From: a virus
Lineage: Duplodnaviria > Heunggongvirae > Uroviricota > Caudoviricetes
Virus record (IMG/VR): IMGVR_UViG_2693429642_000001
Location: 1-5,444 of that record
Length of the DNA stretch: 5,444 nt
Reading direction: 5' to 3' (one strand)
The translations under genes and the position numbers were made by a program. The notes under the pieces are model-generated. The model saw only the letters and a list, made by a program, of their open reading frames with translations. It ran no database searches and was not told the origin of the DNA. Of the stretch, positions 1 to 5,174 are shown one piece after another. Positions within the stretch are counted from its first letter, which is position 1; each line of letters opens with the position of its first letter.

Positions 1-296
1 CCATTGTCAGTAACTGCCCACCATTTGTTTCTCGAACAATCGTAATACCCTTCGAAGGTATCGCACTCAGTCCAGCCGTAAGACTTACCCCAACACCAAA
101 CATACTGTTTATCGTTCGGCATTCGCTCACTACAGCTTATCCAGCCATCCGTAGTTACCGGAGAATTGCCAGCCTTGCGCATGGCAATCTCCATGATTTC
201 AACCATATCCCCTGGTGGAATTTTACAATGCTGACCAGTATGCCTCTGCTGTCTGGCATATTCGAGGATGTGCTCCAGCTTGGTACGATTAATCAT
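1..296 (-). CDS. DUF551-like phage protein, partial (3' end runs past the left edge of the window)
   Basis: ATG at 296..294 overlaps the TGA stop (295..293) of the upstream gene (ATGA coupling); GGGAGA Shine-Dalgarno 6 nt upstream. Frame is open to position 3 (translation MINRTKLEHILEYARQQRHTGQHCKIPPGDMVEIMEIAMRKAGNSPVTTDGWISCSERMPNDKQYVWCWGKSYGWTECDTFEGYYDCSRNKWWAVTDNG...). The Trp-rich W-I-S-x-x-E-R-M-P segment resembles the DUF551 family common in enterobacterial prophages. Not in the ORF track because it lacks a stop inside the window. Confidence 0.5.
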   Translation of the reverse strand, partial: MINRTKLEHILEYARQQRHTGQHCKIPPGDMVEIMEIAMRKAGNSPVTTDGWISCSERMPNDKQYVWCWGKSYGWTECDTFEGYYDCSRNKWWAVTDN

Positions 297-802
297 GATT
301 TATCTCCCTTAAGCATGGCAGCGCGGCAGGCATCCTCTACGCCCTTAACTGCATCTGCGCAGTAGTTATAGCGATTGCATTCCACTAACTTCTGCTTGAG
401 ATTTTCAATTGATTGCGCGATATCAGCCTGTATTACCGGAGCTGGCGGAACGGCTGTCTGCACTCGAACGTCATCAGGTACTACCGGCTCTACTGCCAAC
501 TGACTGGCATATTTGTTAATGGTAACGATAAGCTCTTGCTCGGCCTCATCCAGACAATCACCGATACCTCGCCTGTCACCATCAAAATCATCGAAATCGG
601 CGCGAATCCTGGCAACCTCCCGGATTGCGGACAACACCTCACCAGGAATTACCGTAGAGTTGCCCGATAGTACATTCTGCTCCAGTGATGCCAGTGCAAT
701 CCGTGCCAGCTCACGAATCTCACCGCCGTCTATATCGTCAATGTCATCACGGCCAGAAATGTTAGCCAGCCATTGCAGTCGCTCTTTGGTAATAGTGATC
801 AT
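293..802 (-). CDS. hypothetical prophage protein (169 aa), acidic
   Basis: Track ORF with ATG start at 802..800 overlapping the upstream stop (ATGA); same strand and coupling as neighbours. No family recognised. N-terminal ~40 aa resemble the N-terminus of ORF 1977..2282 (see findings). Confidence 0.55.
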   Translation of the reverse strand: MITITKERLQWLANISGRDDIDDIDGGEIRELARIALASLEQNVLSGNSTVIPGEVLSAIREVARIRADFDDFDGDRRGIGDCLDEAEQELIVTINKYASQLAVEPVVPDDVRVQTAVPPAPVIQADIAQSIENLKQKLVECNRYNYCADAVKGVEDACRAAMLKGDKS

Positions 803-1314
803 GCCGCGTTTCCTTCTTCCTTATTAACAATTACACCGTCATATATTTCATTAAGGTGCCCTCTCAACTCCATGCGCCTTAATGCAGATAACATGTAATC
901 GCATTCAACCTGCTTATTCCCAGTAAATGGCTTATCGTCAGGATTACCCCAACAGCAATTACCCCTGGGCCATCCATGTACTTTCCGTACTCTTCCGTTA
1001 ACAACGTGAAGTAATCCCCAGCCGGGAGGTAAATCCTCAACTGAAATAATTTCCGGCTCACTAATAAAGAATCGCCAGTCGCCCATGCCAAGTGAGGGAT
1101 TTTTACGGAAACGCTTTTTTCTATCTGCCAACAAGTCAGCACGAGAACACTTCGCTTCTATCAGGCATGATGCTGAATTTCTGAATCCCATAGCATCTGG
1201 CTGTTCTCCGGTACTGGTTACAGCTATAAAGCGGTCATGAAAACAAACCTTGAACCCGTTGCGCTTAAGGAACTTGTACGCAATCTGACAGAGTTCGCGG
1301 TGTGTTAACGCCAT
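799..1314 (-). CDS. PD-(D/E)xK nuclease-fold protein, MmcB-family-like (171 aa)
   Basis: Start trimmed from the track start (1395) to ATG 1314..1312, which has an AAGGAG Shine-Dalgarno 6 nt upstream and sits 1 nt after the upstream TGA stop; the 1395 start has no RBS and would overlap the upstream gene by 80 nt. Protein (MALTHRELCQIAYKFLKRNGFKVCFHDRFIAVTSTGEQPDAMGF...CLIEAKCSRADL...) carries a D...E-x-K arrangement (PDA ... EAK) after a hydrophobic strand, as in PD-(D/E)xK nucleases; overall resembles 'MmcB family DNA repair protein' annotations in enterobacterial prophages (from memory). Confidence 0.55.
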   Translation of the reverse strand: MALTHRELCQIAYKFLKRNGFKVCFHDRFIAVTSTGEQPDAMGFRNSASCLIEAKCSRADLLADRKKRFRKNPSLGMGDWRFFISEPEIISVEDLPPGWGLLHVVNGRVRKVHGWPRGNCCWGNPDDKPFTGNKQVECDYMLSALRRMELRGHLNEIYDGVIVNKEEGNAA

Positions 1315-1315
1315 A

Positions 1316-1990
1316 TCACTCTCCTTTGATGCGAATGCCAGCGGCGCGTGGCACATTAACTTCCACGATGCGCACAGTTGGTTTGTACATCTCAATCGCT
1401 GTCAGCCAGTCAGCGCCAGTCATGCGCTTTTCTGCATCGCCATTAGTCCACTTAACCGGTACACCAATAGCCTTCATCGCGATTTCTATTTCCCCGGCAA
1501 TGGCGCTTTTTCCGCAACCAGTAAAACCAGAAACAACGACAAGAACTTCACCTTTGGCTGGTTTTATTTCCCGTGCTTCCAGTTCAGCAATACGCTTACT
1601 TCCATCCGAGATAACACCTTCGTAATACTCACGCTGCTCGTTGAGTTTTGATTTTGCCGACTCCAGTTGTTTTGTTAGTTCCGCAATACGGCAAACATCG
1701 TTGATACGCGTTTCCTCTAATGCGTTGATCTCATCCAGTAGTGCCAAAGCAACCTTTGGATTAAAGGCAGCAATAAATTCAGCGTTTGCGTAAGCCTGAG
1801 CATCTGTTTCAACCAGGCAGTTAACATGACATTCTGCAATCACGCCACCGGGTTCTCCTTTCCATTTTTGGCAAACAAAAACTCCTGTTAAATTGCCGTG
1901 CTGGTTAACAGATGTATGCCCTACGATGTAGCTTCCTTTAGTTGCTTTCTCTGCCTTTTCACGCAGTGCCTGATAGTTAATCTCGCTCAC
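1316..1990 (-). CDS. Ead/Ea22-like prophage protein with coiled-coil middle and a C-terminal Walker-A-like motif (224 aa)
   Basis: Track ORF 1316..2032 starts at a TTG with no RBS; a better start is GTG 1990..1988, preceded by AAGGAGG with a 6-nt spacer. N-terminal region (INYQALREKAEKATKGS...ANAEFIAAFNPKVALALLDEINALEE) resembles Ead/Ea22-like family proteins of lambdoid prophages (from memory). C-terminal part has EVLVVVSGFTGCGKSAIAG, i.e. hydrophobic strand + GxxxxGKS. Confidence 0.5.
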   Translation of the reverse strand: MSEINYQALREKAEKATKGSYIVGHTSVNQHGNLTGVFVCQKWKGEPGGVIAECHVNCLVETDAQAYANAEFIAAFNPKVALALLDEINALEETRINDVCRIAELTKQLESAKSKLNEQREYYEGVISDGSKRIAELEAREIKPAKGEVLVVVSGFTGCGKSAIAGEIEIAMKAIGVPVKWTNGDAEKRMTGADWLTAIEMYKPTVRIVEVNVPRAAGIRIKGE

Positions 1991-2282
1991 TGGCTGCCTC
2001 CTTTGCTGGGCTTTCGAATATATCAAACTCAAACAACTTAACTACGTCATCAAACAGGACATAATCGCCATCAGAATCTTCAGTCATGTCAGCGCCACAA
2101 TCCTGACCGAACGAGTCACAACCACCCATATCAAGCTCGTATCGCTTGAGTTTTGCGATATTTGATAAATTCAGCGCCAGTACAGCAAGGTCATAAACCT
2201 CGTCAGCGGTATACCCTGCACCATGCCCATACATTTCAATGCGGGATATGATTTCTTCTACACGTTGTTTTGTGATTGTCAT
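1977..2282 (-). CDS. hypothetical prophage protein (101 aa), acidic C-terminus
   Basis: ATG at 2282..2280 overlaps the TGA stop of the upstream gene (ATGA); its 3' end overlaps the next gene's GTG start by 14 nt. No family recognised. Confidence 0.5.
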   Translation of the reverse strand: MTITKQRVEEIISRIEMYGHGAGYTADEVYDLAVLALNLSNIAKLKRYELDMGGCDSFGQDCGADMTEDSDGDYVLFDDVVKLFEFDIFESPAKEAASERD

Positions 2283-2764
2283 TTTTGCTCACCTCCCTGT
2301 TCTTCCAGAAAAATACGCATAGCCTCAAGCATCTCTTCGGTGTCATACGGTGACAACTTGTCACGCAGGATGTGTTCAATGCTGTTAACGAACTTGCGGA
2401 TTGCTTTGCGTTCAATTTCAGCCAGGAAAGCGTCTGTAGCCGGGGTTTGCGGCATACCTCCGTCTGTTGCGCAGATATACGCATCAGATAGTTCATCCTG
2501 CTCGCCATCAAACACGTAGCAACTCTGTACGATAAATTTATTCAGCCCCGCACTCTCCGCTGCCAGCGCCGCGCACTTGGCCTCAAGGTTATCAATCGTG
2601 ATTCCAGCAGAACGACACTCCCGCAACGCCGTTTCTAGTTTTGATTCAAGTTCACCGAACTTACGGACAAGATATTCAGCGTTTGTTTCGTTAACCTTTA
2701 AATCTCGGGGGATGCATTTACCTTTCAGAAATCCATCCATCTCAATTAGTGACATTTGTTTCAT
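2279..2764 (-). CDS. hypothetical prophage protein (161 aa), predicted coiled-coil-rich
   Basis: ATG at 2764..2762 preceded by GGAGTGGGAAG (Shine-Dalgarno-like); long ORF on the operon strand; stop overlaps next start. No family recognised. Confidence 0.55.
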   Translation of the reverse strand: MKQMSLIEMDGFLKGKCIPRDLKVNETNAEYLVRKFGELESKLETALRECRSAGITIDNLEAKCAALAAESAGLNKFIVQSCYVFDGEQDELSDAYICATDGGMPQTPATDAFLAEIERKAIRKFVNSIEHILRDKLSPYDTEEMLEAMRIFLEEQGGEQK

Positions 2765-2935
2765 TTCTTCCCACTCCGCAACATCGCATTCAGATATTTG
2801 TTTTGATTTACTGATGGAAAAGAATTTCTCTTAAGCAATTCCTCTCTCGATGGCATTGGCTTTACGCGTTGGTGAATAATCATTTCTGCCGGAAGAATGC
2901 CGGGGTTGTATGCAAGTCATCTCATGGTAAATTCC

Positions 2936-3229
2936 TCAGTCATTACTGATAGCGCCATAGCGTGATCGGTAATTACGCAGGCGCGGGTCAATTTCAGGGA
3001 AGTGGGTATATGTGGCTTTGCGGAATGGTCGGATTGATGTCTGGTAAATTCGCTCGCGTTCTTCTTTCTCTGCAAGCCATATACAATGGCGAAATTCCTT
3101 TTCCTCTTTCGTTTCCTGCGGTAGCGACATTATCCGGTCGTAGTTTTTTCTGAATTTATCCAGCACCTCCGATACGGAATTGCCGGAACAGCGGCGCGCG
3201 TCGTCCGCACCATAGAGAGGCGCTGGCAT
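2936..3229 (-). CDS. hypothetical prophage protein (97 aa), highly charged
   Basis: ATG at 3229..3227 preceded by AGGAGA with a 5-nt spacer, 13 nt downstream of the ssb stop. No family recognised. Confidence 0.5.
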   Translation of the reverse strand: MPAPLYGADDARRCSGNSVSEVLDKFRKNYDRIMSLPQETKEEKEFRHCIWLAEKEERERIYQTSIRPFRKATYTHFPEIDPRLRNYRSRYGAISND

Positions 3230-3242
3230 GATTTTCTCCTGA

Positions 3243-3749
3243 TTAAATTGCGTGAATAGCGTGACGAGGGAAGGGGAGAGTTACTGGTGCAAAGGGTATA
3301 TCGTCGTCAAAATCCATCGGAGGTTCGTTGTGTTGTGCTGGTGATGATTGCTGCTGTGGCTTCTGTGATTGCCTGCTGGCTGCTTGTTGTTTGCTGTCGC
3401 CAATGCCGCCAAGCATTTGCATCACGCCATTAATTCCGACATGAACCTCGGTTGTGTAACGGTCTTGCCCTGACTGGTCTTTCCACTTTCTGGTTCTCAG
3501 CATTCCCTCGAAATAAATCTGATCACCTTTTTTCACATACTGCCCCACGACCCCAGCCAGTTTCCCGGATACAGCAACACGATACCATTCAGTCAATTCC
3601 TTTTGCTCGCCAGTATTTTTATCTCGCCATTGTTCTGACGTGGCTATTGTCAGGTTAGCGAACGCTGTACCTGATGGTGAGTATCGAACTTCCGGGTCTT
3701 GTCCTACCCGACCAAGGATAATCACCTTATTTATCCCGCGAGAACTCAT
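3243..3749 (-). CDS. ssb: single-stranded DNA-binding protein (phage-encoded SSB) with 15-residue C-terminal extension
   Basis: Protein aligns by eye with E. coli SSB: [23 protein letters not shown]..., ...TEWYRV..., ...[18 protein letters not shown]..., Gln/Pro-rich linker, acidic tail [11 protein letters not shown]. Start chosen as ATG 3749..3747 (AGGTGGAG Shine-Dalgarno 4-5 nt upstream, matches the E. coli SSB N-terminus) rather than the track's GTG at 3758. ATG overlaps the HNH gene's TGA stop (ATGA). Confidence 0.85.
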   Translation of the reverse strand: MSSRGINKVIILGRVGQDPEVRYSPSGTAFANLTIATSEQWRDKNTGEQKELTEWYRVAVSGKLAGVVGQYVKKGDQIYFEGMLRTRKWKDQSGQDRYTTEVHVGINGVMQMLGGIGDSKQQAASRQSQKPQQQSSPAQHNEPPMDFDDDIPFAPVTLPFPRHAIHAI

Positions 3750-4213
3750 TTGCTCCACCTCTTGCCAGTTTTTATGTTGCTTATAATTGATTGAGATACA
3801 CCCATGTCTTTTGCTATCTTGTACTGACTCTCTTTTTCAGAGAGTCTTTTCCTGATTTCTATAACCTGCCACTCTGTTAATTTTGCACCATGATGAGCAT
3901 GACCTTTTTTTGCTCCACGATGCCTTCCTTTTGCTATCTTGTCGTCCATGTTTTCTTGCGCGCTACCTAAAAAGAGATGTTCAGGATTAACGCAGCATGG
4001 GTTATCGCATTTGTGGCAAACCATCTTCCCAGATGGGATGGGGGAGTGATAAAGCTCAAAAGCAACCCGATGAGAAAGCATTGTTACGCCAAAGGCTACA
4101 AATTTTGTGTATCCTCCTTTGTTTTTTGAATAGGTAGACTCCCAGCAACCTGTTGTTTCATTAACTTTGTAGCTGGACTCGAATCTTTTAATAATTCCGT
4201 CCAAGTGAGACAT
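3746..4213 (-). CDS. HNH endonuclease (phage homing-endonuclease-like) with C-terminal helix-turn-helix-like region
   Basis: Protein contains GCWES...GY...HRVAFELYH... and [26 protein letters not shown], the classic HNH signature; C-terminal [13 protein letters not shown]...[21 protein letters not shown] looks like an HTH. ATG 4213..4211 directly follows the annealase TAA stop. Region is visibly AT-rich compared with flanking genes. Confidence 0.8.
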   Translation of the reverse strand: MSHLDGIIKRFESSYKVNETTGCWESTYSKNKGGYTKFVAFGVTMLSHRVAFELYHSPIPSGKMVCHKCDNPCCVNPEHLFLGSAQENMDDKIAKGRHRGAKKGHAHHGAKLTEWQVIEIRKRLSEKESQYKIAKDMGVSQSIISNIKTGKRWSK

Positions 4214-4921
4214 TTATGCCGCCTGTTTTAGTTCGTTAACTCTGATGTTCATTACATGAACGCATTTAGCCTGCGCATCCTCATTGCCAGCCATTAATTG
4301 CCAGTCATGCTGATAACGTTCGATGAGTTTTTTCTTGTCAGTTTCTGTCGACGCATAATCGCTGAAGTCTTTCAGGATTTGTTCGCAGTCAACCGATGGA
4401 GATTTCTGGTTGGTATTTTCTGGTGATGGTTGATTGCCAGATGCTGGTATTGCCCATCCCGGCAGCGATGGAGGGGACCAGTAAAATCCTGTTCCATCCT
4501 TAAGTTTTTCCCTGTGCCATCCCTGCTTTTTATCGAGAGATGTTTGTGCGAAACCTTCCTCAAGGTTATACAGATACCGACCGATTCCCCACTGAACGGC
4601 AGCGCGCTTCATTGCACTGGAACGACCACCTTTTACGGCTTCTACCTGCGTGTTTTCAGCAGCATCCCATTTGGTTACCCATTCGGAATCAATCCTGATT
4701 GATATGCCGCATTCAACGCCTCCGTTGTTGGGAATATCGCGGTATTCATTGCGCCATCCTGCTTTGCCGCAAACATCGTCCAGGCGTTTCATGATTGCCC
4801 TGTTCGTGACATAAGCCAGCACCATAGCCCACACCTTTCCATCGCGTGTTTTACCGCTTTGCTGTATTCGCCATTCGATATCTTCAGGGCTGAATGGCTC
4901 ATCGAATTTATTCAAATCCAT
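4214..4921 (-). CDS. Rad52/Rad22-family single-strand annealing protein (phage recombinase, Sak-like)
   Basis: ATG 4921..4919 with AGGTGA Shine-Dalgarno 4-5 nt upstream. Protein has Rad52-family hallmarks (...GKVWAMVLAYVTNRAIMKRLDDVCGKAGWRNEY..., ...EAVKGGRSSAMKRAAVQWGIGRYLYNL...), comparable to the G-x-G...KEA.TD..KRALR.FGN core of Rad52. Adjacent to ssb, as in phage recombination modules. Confidence 0.7.
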   Translation of the reverse strand: MDLNKFDEPFSPEDIEWRIQQSGKTRDGKVWAMVLAYVTNRAIMKRLDDVCGKAGWRNEYRDIPNNGGVECGISIRIDSEWVTKWDAAENTQVEAVKGGRSSAMKRAAVQWGIGRYLYNLEEGFAQTSLDKKQGWHREKLKDGTGFYWSPPSLPGWAIPASGNQPSPENTNQKSPSVDCEQILKDFSDYASTETDKKKLIERYQHDWQLMAGNEDAQAKCVHVMNIRVNELKQAA

Positions 4922-4929
4922 AATTCACC

Positions 4930-5100
4930 TCAGAATGGACATAGCCCAAGGAAATAACGCTGATTTAATACTTCGACTCGGGACAAATTAAGGCATACCC
5001 GCATTCCTTCGCGGTCACCATTATGGCGATACCAGAGAGCTTTCTGCGTGTATATGCGTCTCTGTAACTTGCTCTCCTTCACTGTGGTTGCAAGTGACAT
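4930..5100 (-). CDS. small hypothetical ORF (56 aa) directly upstream of the annealase gene; coding status uncertain
   Basis: ATG 5100..5098 with GGAGA about 7 nt upstream; TGA stop 8 nt before the annealase RBS. The track's longer version (start 5136) begins inside the IS terminus and is rejected. Contains many rare codons (AGA, ATA, CGG, CGA, CTA), so it may be non-coding or a remnant. Confidence 0.3.
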   Translation of the reverse strand: MSLATTVKESKLQRRIYTQKALWYRHNGDREGMRVCLNLSRVEVLNQRYFLGLCPF

Positions 5101-5174
5101 GAATATCTCCTGAGGTAGCCTGAGTTTAACGGACACTCCTTCCTGAAATAGAATGGCATCAGAAGGAGCTAATA

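Noticed and set aside
879-1142. Minus-strand track ORFs 879..1142, 2236..2511 and 4372..4563 (alternative frames inside larger genes)
   Set aside because: Nested out of frame within the nuclease-like gene, the 2279..2764 gene and the annealase gene respectively; no motifs; the overlapping long ORFs explain the sequence.
1315-1395. Track start of ORF 799..1395 (MRCTNQ...)
   Set aside because: No Shine-Dalgarno and an 80-nt overlap with the upstream gene; the internal ATG at 1314 has AAGGAG upstream and fits the coupling pattern, so the CDS was trimmed to 799..1314.
1991-2032. Track start (TTG at 2032) of the Ea22-like ORF
   Set aside because: No RBS and a 56-nt overlap with the upstream gene; GTG at 1990 has a strong AAGGAGG site and was used instead.
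2884-2905. TGCCGG...TGCCGG / CCGG-loop-CCGG element as a possible intrinsic terminator in the 171-bp gap
   Set aside because: The stem would be only 4 bp and is not followed by a T-run on the transcribed strand; not a credible rho-independent terminator.
3300-3420. Low-complexity TG/CTG-rich stretch as a possible tandem repeat
   Set aside because: It is the coding sequence of the Gln/Pro-rich flexible linker of SSB ([19 protein letters not shown]), a normal feature of SSB proteins.
413-4702. Plus-strand track ORFs 413..670, 513..827, 1302..1625, 2223..2519, 2577..2834, 2962..3153, 3452..3658 and 4430..4702
   Set aside because: Each lies entirely antisense to a well-supported minus-strand gene, has no recognisable motif or convincing RBS, and has low-complexity or odd composition; they are shadow frames.
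5101-5136. Extended version of the small ORF (track 4930..5136, MSVKLRLPQEIF...)
   Set aside because: Its first 9 codons would be encoded by the IS terminus; it is more likely a chance extension across the insertion junction. It is kept as a possible remnant of a gene disrupted by the IS, but not annotated.
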